Shown piece after piece: positions 8,183-18,401 of a stretch of DNA of 61,824 nucleotides. Under the pieces are notes generated by a model that worked only from the letters and a program-made list of their open reading frames with translations, was not told where the DNA came from and did not search any database. The stretch spans positions 1-61,824 of the forward strand of contig JAQAZP010000049.1 of assembly GCA_032127265.1 (NCBI GenBank). The letters are read 5' to 3'. A program made the translations under genes and the position numbers. Source of the DNA: Acidobacteriota bacterium. GTDB taxonomy: Bacteria; Acidobacteriota; JAQAZP01. Every line of letters starts with the position of its first letter. Position 1 is the first letter of the stretch.

Positions 8183-10300
8183 TTACGGACAGACGGTGGT
8201 GATACCGCAAGTGGCGGTCTCAGTCCAACCGGCCGGCGCAGCGCCTGCCACATCGCACGGGGTGCAGTCGGTGGCTTCCACGTCGAAGACCAGGGTGCAG
8301 TCACAGGTTCTGGGGTTGGCCGGAATGTTCTGGCCCCAGGCGATATTCTGGCTTTCGCCGCCGTTGATAACCATGTTGCCGGCGCGGATGTTGCTGATGT
8401 GAGAGCCGTTGCAGAGGGTCACGCCCACGTTACCACAGAACTGGCGGATCGCAGCGGAGGTGTTGGTCACGCCGACGCGGATCTTGGTCATCGTGGGCAG
8501 GGTCAGCACCTGGTCGGTGCAGAGGATGCCAACGTCGAAGGTGTCAACCGGAACGGCGGGAGTGACGACCACGTCGAGGTCGAAGGCGCCTTCCGCAGAG
8601 GACCAGCCGTCAGCGATGATGTAGTAGGTGCCGGCACAGTCGAAAGTGGCGGTAATATACTCGGGGTCGCCGCCGAGGCCGACATCGGCACCGGCCACGC
8701 ACGTTCCGGCCGGGTCAGCGCAGTCACCCACCATGTAGAGGATCGGGTCCTGGCCATCGAGAGGAATCATCGCCACGTCAACAGTGTCACCATCGGCAAC
8801 GGTGATCGCATAGGCCACATCCGGGGCCGCAGAGCTCCAGCTGAAGCCGCAGCCGGCACCGTTGTAGTCGTTGACCGCACAAACGGTGGTGCCGCTGAAG
8901 AGACCGCCGCCGGTCACGTCCATCGCAACGTCACAGGTGTCGTTGGTAATCGGGCTGTTGACAACCACTTCGAGGTCGTAGGCTCCAGCGGAACCGGCGC
9001 CGTAAGTGTCCACGTGGATATACATGGTGGCGGCGTCAGAGGTGCTGGTAGTGTAACAGAAGGCTTCCACTTCCCCATCCAGGGTGTTGTCGGCGCCGGC
9101 AACGGCGCCGGTGACCGGGCCGTCAATGCAGTCGTTGGTCACGTAGATCGCACCGTCCTGGGTGCCAGACGGAGTGTAGGTCACACAGATCTCGGTTCCG
9201 GGACAGGGGATGTCGATGGCGTAGACATGGTCGCTGCCGAGCAGGCTCCAACCCCACAGGTTGCAGCTGGGGAAGGTGTCGTCGCAGTCGGTGGTGTCGC
9301 CGGAGGTGATACCCGCACCGATCAGCTCGACGCTGGCGCAATCATTGGGGCCGCTGCAGGGATCGGGCGCGGCGAAATTGAAGCAGATGTCGTTCCAGTT
9401 GGCATCGGGCAGGCCGTCGCCGCCGTCATCGTAGGTTTCGTAGAAATCAAAGGTCCAGACACCGACCGGGTCGAGGCCGGCGAAGGTAGCGTCGGAACCG
9501 GTGAAGTTGACGGGGCCGGTGTAGCTGTAGCCGCTGCCGAGGACGATTGTGGCAGAGCCCAGGGGGCCGGAGATGTCAACGGTCAGCTCGGAACCCCAGG
9601 TGCCGGCATACAGCTCGGTGACCATGCCGTCCCAGTCGATGCTGCCCAGCGCAAAACCACCGGTGATAGCGGCCGTGTAGCTGGCGATACCGTAAGTAGC
9701 CTGGCTGTCCGCGACAAAGCAGGCCTCGTTTACCGCCGGTGCACCGGAAGTCACAACGATGTAGGGCACGTTGGTCTCGGCCCAGCCGTCGATGTTGATG
9801 TAGTAAGAGCTGCTGCTGTCGCGAGTGGCGACGCCGACGGCAAACCAGTCGTTGACCAGGCTGGCCGCCAGGTCGTCATTGGCCGTGCCGCCGAGGGTCA
9901 GGGTCTTCCAGCCGGGAGCATAGCTGCTGGCCTCGTTCTGGTAGTTGTAGTACCCGGTGGACGCTTCAGCAACGATGTCAGCATTCATGGTAGCCGCATC
10001 GGTGACCAGCGGGTCATTGGTGATCGGCGTGGCACTCCAGTAGGGCCAGTTGGCGGTATTGACGTAAAAGTTGAAATCGATGCTGAGGATGTCCTCATCA
10101 GGAACGGCAGTGATGTCGAACTTGATGTAACCGTCCTCGGTGTTGTAGCCGTTGACCGCGCTGGTCTGGGTGAAGACGGCCCCGTCGGTGGATCCGGTGT
10201 TGTAATCAGCAGCCGCCGGGTAACAGGTAGTGACAGCGGCAGAGGCGCTAACAGAAACCAACAGCATCAGCGCGCAAAGACAAGCAAAAACCTTACTCAT
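8183..10300 (-). CDS. Secreted, acidic, Cys-rich multidomain surface protein (beta-sandwich/PPC-like repeats)
   Basis: AAGGAG RBS, signal peptide ending ASA-A, two internal repeats (NDCASVE../NDTCDVA.., D.VYAI, QD..[IL]Y), and a distinct Cys-rich ~120-aa C-terminal domain. Confidence 0.75.
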   Translation of the reverse strand: MSKVFACLCALMLLVSVSASAAVTTCYPAAADYNTGSTDGAVFTQTSAVNGYNTEDGYIKFDITAVPDEDILSIDFNFYVNTANWPYWSATPITNDPLVTDAATMNADIVAEASTGYYNYQNEASSYAPGWKTLTLGGTANDDLAASLVNDWFAVGVATRDSSSSYYINIDGWAETNVPYIVVTSGAPAVNEACFVADSQATYGIASYTAAITGGFALGSIDWDGMVTELYAGTWGSELTVDISGPLGSATIVLGSGYSYTGPVNFTGSDATFAGLDPVGVWTFDFYETYDDGGDGLPDANWNDICFNFAAPDPCSGPNDCASVELIGAGITSGDTTDCDDTFPSCNLWGWSLLGSDHVYAIDIPCPGTEICVTYTPSGTQDGAIYVTNDCIDGPVTGAVAGADNTLDGEVEAFCYTTSTSDAATMYIHVDTYGAGSAGAYDLEVVVNSPITNDTCDVAMDVTGGGLFSGTTVCAVNDYNGAGCGFSWSSAAPDVAYAITVADGDTVDVAMIPLDGQDPILYMVGDCADPAGTCVAGADVGLGGDPEYITATFDCAGTYYIIADGWSSAEGAFDLDVVVTPAVPVDTFDVGILCTDQVLTLPTMTKIRVGVTNTSAAIRQFCGNVGVTLCNGSHISNIRAGNMVINGGESQNIAWGQNIPANPRTCDCTLVFDVEATDCTPCDVAGAAPAGWTETATCGITTVCP

Positions 10301-11049
10301 TGTTTACTCCTTGAAAAGTGAAACGTAGTACGGAACAGGAACAACGTTGGAACGATAACCAAACGCCGCGAGCATGGTGAAAAACGGTGTTCCGATGCTG
10401 AACCAGCGCCGCTTCTCACTCTGCGTATTGCTCAACCTCCTTTTCCTGACCCGCGGTCGGAGTGTTGAAAGAAACAAAAACAACAAATAGAGAGAGACAA
10501 GAGAGATACCAAATCGCACTTTCAGCCGCGATCGTTGTATCCGAAGTATAGAAACTGTTTGCAGATCTCTCGAAGAAACCTGCATGCCCGGGGATAACTG
10601 CTTGCCAAGATATGGAACAGGGCTCAAGGCCGGTGAGCGTACCGCTTTGCTCCGCGTGCGGGGGTACTGCTGGACTGTTCACCTGGGCTGCAACTACTTT
10701 CCCAGAAAGCCCCGCCGACATGACTCGGCGGAAGTCACCCACAATAAAAGCAAATTCCATACCATGTTCATAAAAATCGATCGCCCCGCACCATGCCCTC
10801 TAAATACATGTGAAACATAAGCTTACAAAGAGCCGCCCAACGGCAGCCAAATGAGCGAGAATATTTTTAGAGAAATCGGAAAAATAGTGCAAAGAGTGTG
10901 AAATAAAGTGCTCACCCTCCAAATACCTTTTTTCCGCCTCAGTTCCTCAGTGGAAGCGGGTTCATCAAGGACCTTCTTGCGGCCATCCCGCCCTTGGGCT
11001 ATGATTTCCTGTTTCCGGGTCGTACCCCGATTCCTTCCGGAGCCATCTG

Positions 11050-11535
11050 ATGAATGACACTCACTACTGGCGGATGAAATCCATATCGGTGCTGGAGTCC
11101 GAGATCGACGACATGACCGGCGAACTGCTGGGCCACGTCCTGGAAGAGGGGCTGCGCCTCGGCGCCCTGGACGTTCACTACACCCCGGTGCAGATGAAGA
11201 AGAATCGCCCCGGTGTCCGTCTCACCCTGCTCTGCCGGGATTCCGACCAGGATCAATTCATCGACTTCATCTTCCGGCAGACCACCAGCCTCGGGGTTCG
11301 CGTCCGCTCGGTCCAGCGGGCCGAACTGGAACGTGATACGGTCACCGTCCAGCGAGACGGCCGCCGGTTTTCCGTCAAACGGGGCCTGGGCCCCGGTGGC
11401 GAGGTGCTCAACGAGGCCCCGGAATTCGAGGACCTGAGAACGCTGGCCCGGAACGATGGCGGACCGTTGAAAAGACTGTTTCAAAAGTGGTACGGCCGCA
11501 AGGCTGCCGGGGAGGAGGCGCGGAAAGATGAGTGA
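11050..11535 (+). CDS. larC2: LarC-family nickel insertion protein, C-terminal half only (LarC2-like)
   Basis: VLESEIDDMTGELLG, GALDVHYTPVQMKKNRPG, QTTSLGVR and PEFEDL motifs of the LarC C-terminal domain. The start may be 11074. Confidence 0.75.
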   Translation: MNDTHYWRMKSISVLESEIDDMTGELLGHVLEEGLRLGALDVHYTPVQMKKNRPGVRLTLLCRDSDQDQFIDFIFRQTTSLGVRVRSVQRAELERDTVTVQRDGRRFSVKRGLGPGGEVLNEAPEFEDLRTLARNDGGPLKRLFQKWYGRKAAGEEARKDE

Positions 11536-12994
11536 GGAGACGGCATACAGCACGGCCTATCGCAATCCGCTGGTGGAGCGCTACTGCTCGAAAGAGATGA
11601 GCCGGATCTTCTCCCCGCACTTCAAATTCAGCACCTGGCGCCGGCTTTGGCTCGCCCTGGCCGAGGCACAGCATGAGCTGGGCCTTTCCGTCACCGCCGA
11701 GCAGGTGGCCGAACTTCGGGCCGGCATCGAGAACCTCGACCCGGTCAGGGCCGCTGAACTGGAAAAGGAGCTGCGCCACGATGTAATGGCCCAGTTGAAG
11801 ACCTGGGCCGGCCAGTGCCCGGGCGCGGGAGGCATCCTGCACCTCGGGGCCACCAGCGCCTTTGTTGGCGACAACACCGAGGCCATCCAGCTGCATGAAG
11901 GTCTGCGCCTGGTGGAGAAGCGTCTGGTCCCGGTGATTGCCGCACTCCGCGATTTCGCGGCTCGTACGGCCCGCATCCCCACCCTCGGCTTCACCCATTT
12001 CCAACCGGCCCAGCCCACAACCGTGGGCAAACGGGCCTGCCTCTGGCTGCAGGACCTGTTGCTCGACCTGGAAGAGGTCCGTTTTTCCCTCACCACCCTC
12101 AAGCTCCGTGGCGTAAAGGGCACCACCGGCACCCAGGCCAGTTTCCTCGCCCTGTTCGACGGCGACCACCAGCAGGTGGAGCGCCTCGAGGAGTTGGTGG
12201 CGGAAAAGATGGGTTTTGACCGCAACGGCTGTTTTGCGGTCACCGGTCAGACATATCCTCGGAAGCAGGACAGCCGGGTGCTCGGCGCTCTCTCCGCCGT
12301 GGCCCAGTCGGCTTCGAAGTTTTCCCACGACATGCGCCTTCTGCAACATTTGGGGGAGGTTCTCGAACCGTTTGGTTCGAAACAGGTTGGCTCTTCGGCC
12401 ATGGCGTACAAGCGCAACCCGATGCGAGCCGAGCGGATCAGCTCGCTGGCCAGGCTGCTGATCACCGCCGCGGTCAACCCCCAGCTCACCGCCGCCACCC
12501 AGTGGCTGGAGCGTACACTTGACGACTCGGCCAACCGCCGGATCTGCATCCCCGAGGCCTTCCTGGCCGCCGATGCCCTGTTGCTGCTCTACGGCAGCAT
12601 GGTTCCGGGGTTGCAAGTCAACGAGAAGGTGATCCGCCGCCGCCTGGAGCAGGAACTGCCCTTCCTGGCCACCGAACAGATCCTGATGCAGCTTGTGGCC
12701 GCCGGCGGTGACCGCCAGGCGGGCCACGAGCAGATCCGCGTCCACTCCATGGAGGTTCACCGCCGCCTGCAGGCCGGTGAAAGTAACCGCAACGACCTCC
12801 TGGAACGCCTGGCCTCGGACACGGTTTTCAGTCCCCTGCGTCACAAGTTCCCCACCCTCTCCGACCCGCTGAAGTTCGTGGGCCGGGCCCCCGAGCAGGT
12901 GGAGCGATTCCTCTCCCGGGAGGTGGCCCCGGTGCTGGAGGGGCTGTCCGGCGACCAGCTCACCGGCCCCGGAGACGACGAAATCCGCGTCTGA
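11528..12994 (+). CDS. purB: Adenylosuccinate lyase
   Basis: YRNPLVERY, RHDVMA, HLGATS, THFQPAQ, and the GSSAMAYKRNP fumarate-lyase signature. Confidence 0.96.
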   Translation: MSEETAYSTAYRNPLVERYCSKEMSRIFSPHFKFSTWRRLWLALAEAQHELGLSVTAEQVAELRAGIENLDPVRAAELEKELRHDVMAQLKTWAGQCPGAGGILHLGATSAFVGDNTEAIQLHEGLRLVEKRLVPVIAALRDFAARTARIPTLGFTHFQPAQPTTVGKRACLWLQDLLLDLEEVRFSLTTLKLRGVKGTTGTQASFLALFDGDHQQVERLEELVAEKMGFDRNGCFAVTGQTYPRKQDSRVLGALSAVAQSASKFSHDMRLLQHLGEVLEPFGSKQVGSSAMAYKRNPMRAERISSLARLLITAAVNPQLTAATQWLERTLDDSANRRICIPEAFLAADALLLLYGSMVPGLQVNEKVIRRRLEQELPFLATEQILMQLVAAGGDRQAGHEQIRVHSMEVHRRLQAGESNRNDLLERLASDTVFSPLRHKFPTLSDPLKFVGRAPEQVERFLSREVAPVLEGLSGDQLTGPGDDEIRV

Positions 12995-13169
12995 ACCGCT
13001 CTCCACTGGTTCGATCACAGCCGCTCTCTCCGGGTTCAGTTTGCAAAAATCTGGTTTTCCCCTGTTTTTCCGATCAAGAGAAGTTGGCTGAAGGCCGATA
13101 GTGAAGGTGTGTGAAAGCGTCCGGCCAGCCGGGAGGAAACGGTTGTGCCGGCCTGTGGGGGAAAGCGTG

Positions 13170-14708
13170 ATGGAAAACAGTCAGTCGACTGCAAACGAAG
13201 AAATGCTGGAAAATCCGGACGAGGAACTCCAGCCGGATTTCAATCCGCCCTGGATAGCCGAACAGGATACTGGTGACCGCAAGCGCGATCTCAAGGAGCG
13301 CTACTTCCTGACCCGCAAGGAGCTTCGCGATTGCCAGCGCCTGCTGGCCCTGCGTGATGAAGAACTGCGCAAACTCCGTCTGACCGAACGTCGCAAGGTC
13401 GAGCAGGGCCACGAGGAAGAGAACCTGCGGGCGGCTGCCAACCGGCTGCAGTCACGGGTCGACGAACTTCAACGACAATTGACCGACTCACGGAATCAGA
13501 TCCGGCAGGCGCGAACCGAAGCCGCCGAGAAATCCGCCCTGCTCCCCATCCTGGAAAAGGAGGCCTCCGAGTTGCGGGAGCAACTGGAACTGGGAGAAGG
13601 CCGCCTTGGCGAACTTTCCGGTCTTCTGGATCAGCGGGAACGGGAACTTCGGGAGAAAAACGGGAGCCTCCACGAGGCAAACGAGATTTCGGAACGTCTG
13701 GATCAGCGTGAACGGGACCTCCTGGAACGGGAGGAACAGCTTCACGAAGCTCGCGAACAGCTTGGCTCCATCCGGGCCGAACTGGAGAGCGCCCGGCAGG
13801 CAACGGAAACACTGACCCACGAACGGGACCAGGCCCTGGGCCGGCTGGGTTCCCTGCACGATGAAGTGGAATCCAACCGACGGATCGTTGAGGCACTGAC
13901 CGGGGAACGGGACGAACTGGTCAGGCGCCTGGGAACAGCCGAAGCTTCCCAACGCCATTCCGACGACACCATCAAGATGCTCCAGGAAAAGCTGATGGAG
14001 TCCAGCGAGGAATTGATCAAACTGGAAGAATCGGTCAGGGACTACCGCTACCTGATGGAAACGCTGAAACGGGAAAAGGCGGATCATGAGGCAGCATCGG
14101 CGCAGGCTGTGGGCGACCTGGAAAACAAGATCGAGGCCTCGAGGAGCGAGTGCGAAGGCCTGCGGGAAATCATCAAGCTTCGCCAGCAGGAACATGAGAG
14201 TTTCATTTCCGAAAAGAACGGGCTGGCCGCCAGCTTCGAACAGGAGAGAGAAGCCCAGCGAGAGTTCCAGGCCTCGCGGGAAGAAGCGCACGCCAGGAAA
14301 ATCGAGGAACTCAAGGCCGAATCAAATCGCGAACTCACCGGAATCCTCCGGGTCCACTCCCAGGAAACAGACAAATTGAAAATGGCTCACGCCGGTGAAT
14401 TGGGCGAGGTGCGGGATGCGTTCAACCGCCTGCAATCGGAAATGGACGAGTCCAGGAAAGAGACCGAACGCCTGCGCTCGGAACTGGAAGAAGCCAGGCA
14501 GGGAATTCCGCGCCTGGTTGCCCGCCTGGAAGAAAGAGAGCAGGCAATCGGCGAAACCAGGGCTCTGCTGCAGGACACCCTGTCCCGCCTGGACGGCCTG
14601 GACCAGCCGCCGGAACTCACCATCGGCCAGGACCGCCCACCCGGGCCGATCCACGAGCAGAGTACGACGCCGGAGCAGGCCTCCGACGAGCTGTGGCCCA
14701 TGGGCTGA
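13170..14708 (+). CDS. Long coiled-coil protein of unknown function
   Basis: E/R/L/Q-rich heptad pattern over about 450 aa; no signal peptide, TM segment or ATPase motif. Start chosen at MENSQ. Confidence 0.7.
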   Translation: MENSQSTANEEMLENPDEELQPDFNPPWIAEQDTGDRKRDLKERYFLTRKELRDCQRLLALRDEELRKLRLTERRKVEQGHEEENLRAAANRLQSRVDELQRQLTDSRNQIRQARTEAAEKSALLPILEKEASELREQLELGEGRLGELSGLLDQRERELREKNGSLHEANEISERLDQRERDLLEREEQLHEAREQLGSIRAELESARQATETLTHERDQALGRLGSLHDEVESNRRIVEALTGERDELVRRLGTAEASQRHSDDTIKMLQEKLMESSEELIKLEESVRDYRYLMETLKREKADHEAASAQAVGDLENKIEASRSECEGLREIIKLRQQEHESFISEKNGLAASFEQEREAQREFQASREEAHARKIEELKAESNRELTGILRVHSQETDKLKMAHAGELGEVRDAFNRLQSEMDESRKETERLRSELEEARQGIPRLVARLEEREQAIGETRALLQDTLSRLDGLDQPPELTIGQDRPPGPIHEQSTTPEQASDELWPMG

Positions 14709-14784
14709 TCCACTCCCGGCTTCCGCCAGCCTCCATCCCGCTCTTCCGTCCCGTCCGTGCCACGGCAGGACAGGTCTGCAGAAT

Positions 14785-16587
14785 TCAGGCCCGGCGGGCC
14801 AGCAGGCCGGCCTGGTGATACTGCAGCTGGTGCAACCTGAAGTAGATTCCTCTTTGTTCCAGCAGGGAGACGTGATCCCCCACCTCCTTCACCCGGCCAT
14901 GATGCATGACGATGATCCGGTCCGCATTCTGGATGGTGGAGATCCGGTGGGCAATGATGATCGAAGTGCGGCCCCGCAGCAGAACCTCCAGGGCTCTCTG
15001 GATCCTGAGTTCCGTTTCCGTGTCAACGCTGGAAGTGGCTTCGTCCAGCACCAGGATCTGGGGATCGTAGGCCAGGGCCCTGGCAAATGAGAGCAGCTGC
15101 CGTTGACCGGTGGAAAACGAGGCGCCGCGTTCGGCCACTTCTGCCCCGTATGCGCCGGGCAGCCCGGAGATGAACTCGTGGATCCCCACGCTCTCCGCCG
15201 CCTGGACCAGGGCTTCCTGCCCGATACTCTCGTCCCACAGGCTGATGTTCGACCCCACGTCCCCGGCAAAGAGAAACACATCCTGCTGGACCACGCCCAC
15301 CAGGCGGCGTAGCTGGCTCAGCTTCATCCGGCGCACATCCACGCCATCGATGGTGATCCGTCCGGACTGCACGTCGTAGAACCTGGCCAGCAGGCTGATC
15401 AGGGTGGTCTTCCCGGCCCCGGTGGCCCCCACCACCGCCACGCGCTGGCCCCTTCGCACCTCCAGTGAAACATCGGTGAGCACCGGCTGGCCGGACTTGT
15501 ACTGGAAGTCGACCGATTCGAAACGAATGGCGTCGCGGAATTCGAACAGCGTTTCGGGGGACGATGGCTCCACGATCTGCTCCCGGGTGTCGAGGAGGTT
15601 GAAGATCCGCTCCGAGGAGGCCATGGCCGTCTGCATGATGTTGTATTTTTCGCTGAGATCCCGGATTGGCCGGAAGAATTTGTTCGCCGCCAGCAAGAAG
15701 GCGAACAACTCACCAAAGGTGAAGTGGCCGGCAATGGTCTCCAGGCCTCCGAACCAGACGATCAGGGCGATGGCCAGTGAGTTCACCACTTCGATGGATG
15801 GAAAAAAGACCGAGTAGTAGAGCACCGATTTCAGGTTGGAATCGGTGTGTTTCTGGTTGATCCGTTCAAAGTGCTCCCGGTTGCGCCGCTCCCGGCGGAA
15901 GAGCTGGACCACCCGGATGCCGGAAAGATTTTCCTGCACGTAGGCATTGATCCGGGCCAGACGAATCCGGATCATGCGGTAGGCGTCGCGTACCTTCCGC
16001 TTGAAGAGGAAGGAGATGTAGAAAAGAATGGGCAGGATGGAGAAGGTGATCAGGGCCAACTGCCAGTTGCGGTAGAGCAGGTAGCCCATGATGCCGATGA
16101 TCAGCGTGATGTCGCTCACCGCCACGACCAGCCCCGAGGTGAACATCTCATTGAGCACCTGCACGTCGTTGGTCACCCGGGTCATCAGCCGGCCCACCGG
16201 GTTGTGGTCAAAAAATGCCGGCGAGAACTTCTGCAGCCGGGAGAAGACTTCCAGCCGCATGGTGAGGATTACCCGCTGCCCGGTGAGACTGGTGAGATAG
16301 ATGAAGGCATAGCGGGCAAAGAAGGAGAGGACCAGCAGCAGGGCGTACAATAGCGCGATGCGGTTGAGGGCCCGGAGGTTGCCCAGGGCCACGCAGTCGT
16401 CGATGGCCTGCCTCCCGAGATCGATGGTGAGCAGCTCGAACCAGGTCAGCAGAAACTGCAGGGCCACCGTGATCAGCACCAGGCGGAGGCTGGGCCGCAG
16501 GTAGACCAGCAAACGCTTCATCAGCCGGCCGTCAAAGGCCTTGCCCAGGGTTTCCTCTTCGTGATAGCGCTGCGCCGCGTCCGACAT
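14785..16587 (-). CDS. ABC exporter fused permease/ATPase, heterodimer subunit (YheH/BmrD-like)
   Basis: TM domain, Walker A GATGAGKT, degenerate signature FSTGQ, Walker B LVLDEA, IAHR switch. Confidence 0.92.
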   Translation of the reverse strand: MSDAAQRYHEEETLGKAFDGRLMKRLLVYLRPSLRLVLITVALQFLLTWFELLTIDLGRQAIDDCVALGNLRALNRIALLYALLLVLSFFARYAFIYLTSLTGQRVILTMRLEVFSRLQKFSPAFFDHNPVGRLMTRVTNDVQVLNEMFTSGLVVAVSDITLIIGIMGYLLYRNWQLALITFSILPILFYISFLFKRKVRDAYRMIRIRLARINAYVQENLSGIRVVQLFRRERRNREHFERINQKHTDSNLKSVLYYSVFFPSIEVVNSLAIALIVWFGGLETIAGHFTFGELFAFLLAANKFFRPIRDLSEKYNIMQTAMASSERIFNLLDTREQIVEPSSPETLFEFRDAIRFESVDFQYKSGQPVLTDVSLEVRRGQRVAVVGATGAGKTTLISLLARFYDVQSGRITIDGVDVRRMKLSQLRRLVGVVQQDVFLFAGDVGSNISLWDESIGQEALVQAAESVGIHEFISGLPGAYGAEVAERGASFSTGQRQLLSFARALAYDPQILVLDEATSSVDTETELRIQRALEVLLRGRTSIIIAHRISTIQNADRIIVMHHGRVKEVGDHVSLLEQRGIYFRLHQLQYHQAGLLARRA

Positions 16588-16595
16588 GCCGTCCC

Positions 16596-18401
16596 TCAAT
16601 CGCTGTGGTCTAGTTCAGCCTGCAGCAGCTGCAGGCGATACATCTCCGCGTAGATCCCGCCCCGTTCCATCAGCTGATCGTGTGACCCGCTCTCCTCGAT
16701 CCCGCCGTCCACCAGGACCACGATCCGGTCCGCGTCCTTGATGGTCGAAAGCCGCTGGGCGATGATCAGCGTGGTACGCCCCTTCATGAAGCCCCGCAGT
16801 TGCTGCAGGATCTGCTCCTCGGTATAGGTATCCACCGCGGAAAGGGCATCGTCGAGAATCAGGACCGAGGGGTCTAGCAGCACCGCCCGGGCCACCGCCA
16901 CCCGCTGTTTCTGGCCGCCCGAAAGCATCACTCCCCGCTCGCCCACCAATGTGTCATAGCCTTCGGGGAACCCTTCAACGTCCGCCGATATTTGCGAGAT
17001 CTCCGCCGCCCGCTTCACCGCCTCGAAGCTGCTCTCCGGTGCACCATAAGCGATGTTGGCCCGAATGGTGTCGGAGAAGAGGAAGGAATCCTGGGGCACG
17101 TGCCCCACGGCTCCGCGCAGGGCGGCCAGCGGGTACTCGGCCAGCGGGCGGCCGTCCAGCAGCAGCGTGCCCTCCGGCGCTTCAAACATCCGGGGGATCA
17201 GGTTGGCCAGGGTGCTCTTGCCGCTGCCCACCGGCCCCACCACCCCCACCGTGCTCCCCGCCGGTATGCGGAGATCAATGCCCTGCAGCACCGCTTTCCC
17301 GTTGTATGCGAAGTTGAGCCCACGGAACTCGATCTCCCCCCGCAGCGGGGCATCCGGGGGCCGGACCGCCCCCTCTCCCCCGCTGGCCTGGGGTTCGCTC
17401 TCCAGGATGGCGTTGATCCGTTCCATGGAGGCCTTGCCCTGCTGGTGCAGGCTGACCACCCAGCCCAGCGATACCATGGGCCAGACCAGGATACCGAGGA
17501 TTACGTTGAAAGCGATGAAGTCGCCATAGCCCAGCGACCCGGCCAGAATCCGTCGGCCCCCGTCCCAGAGCACCACCAGGTGCGACCCCACCACCAGCGA
17601 GAATAGCAGCGGCATGAACAGACTCTGGATCCTGGCCAGGGACATGTTCACATCCATATTGCGGCGGATCAGATCGCGAAACCGTTCGATCTCCGAATCC
17701 TCCCGGCAGTATGATTTCACCACGCGTATCCCGGAGAGATTTTCCTGAACCCGCTCGCTGACCATGGAGAAATGCCGCTGCACACGTTCCGAGCGGCGGT
17801 GAATTTCCCGGCTCAGAATCCGGGTAGTCACCGCGATGAGGATCAGCGGGACAAAGGTGTAGAGGGTGAGTTGCGGGCTCACCGTGATCATGAACGAGAC
17901 GGCGATGACAAAGGTCACCAGGGTGCTGGTGAGATACATGTACCCCGGCCCCATCAGCATCCGCACGGCATTGATATCGTTGGTCATCCGGGCCATCAGG
18001 TCGCCGGTCTTCGCCGTCTGGTACCAGGCGGCGGGGAGCCGCTGCAGGTGGGCGAAAATCTCGTTGCGCAGGTCGCGTTCGAACCGCCGGGAAGCCCCGG
18101 TGATGGTGTAGCGCATCAGGAAGCGGAACACCCCCTGGACCAGGGTGACGGCCACGATGGCCGCAGCATAGATGGCCAGGACACGGGACAGGGAACCGGC
18201 GGCGCCGATGAAATCGATCAGCAGGTCGAAGGGGAACGGGTGCATCCCCCCCTCGCCCAGTGCATCCACGGCGTATTTGATGATCAGCGGAACCGTGGGG
18301 TAGAGCGCGCTGGTCAGGACCACGAAGACAAGACCACTGAGAATACTCTTGCGGTAGGCCGGATAGTATTTTTTCAGCCTGGCGAACGGCGACCGGTTCA
18401 T
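16596..18401 (-). CDS. ABC exporter fused permease/ATPase, heterodimer subunit (YheI/BmrC-like)
   Basis: TM domain, GPVGSGKS, LSGGQ, degenerate Walker B ILDDA and switch IAQR. Start set at MNRSPF after a GGAG RBS. Confidence 0.92.
   Translation of the reverse strand: MNRSPFARLKKYYPAYRKSILSGLVFVVLTSALYPTVPLIIKYAVDALGEGGMHPFPFDLLIDFIGAAGSLSRVLAIYAAAIVAVTLVQGVFRFLMRYTITGASRRFERDLRNEIFAHLQRLPAAWYQTAKTGDLMARMTNDINAVRMLMGPGYMYLTSTLVTFVIAVSFMITVSPQLTLYTFVPLILIAVTTRILSREIHRRSERVQRHFSMVSERVQENLSGIRVVKSYCREDSEIERFRDLIRRNMDVNMSLARIQSLFMPLLFSLVVGSHLVVLWDGGRRILAGSLGYGDFIAFNVILGILVWPMVSLGWVVSLHQQGKASMERINAILESEPQASGGEGAVRPPDAPLRGEIEFRGLNFAYNGKAVLQGIDLRIPAGSTVGVVGPVGSGKSTLANLIPRMFEAPEGTLLLDGRPLAEYPLAALRGAVGHVPQDSFLFSDTIRANIAYGAPESSFEAVKRAAEISQISADVEGFPEGYDTLVGERGVMLSGGQKQRVAVARAVLLDPSVLILDDALSAVDTYTEEQILQQLRGFMKGRTTLIIAQRLSTIKDADRIVVLVDGGIEESGSHDQLMERGGIYAEMYRLQLLQAELDHSD

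Noticed and set aside
7730-8402. ORFs 7730-7996 and 7800-8402 as real genes
   Set aside because: They have no clear RBS or recognisable motifs, they overlap the long hairpin, and the longer one crosses a terminator and the end of the opposite-strand gene.
10583-10610. Sigma54 promoter (TTGGCAAG on the minus strand)
   Set aside because: The -12 GC is absent at the required spacing.
14785-18401. Degenerate ABC motifs as a novelty, or this exporter as the RiPP transporter
   Set aside because: One degenerate site is normal for heterodimeric exporters, and the pair lies 20 kb from the cluster with no visible link.
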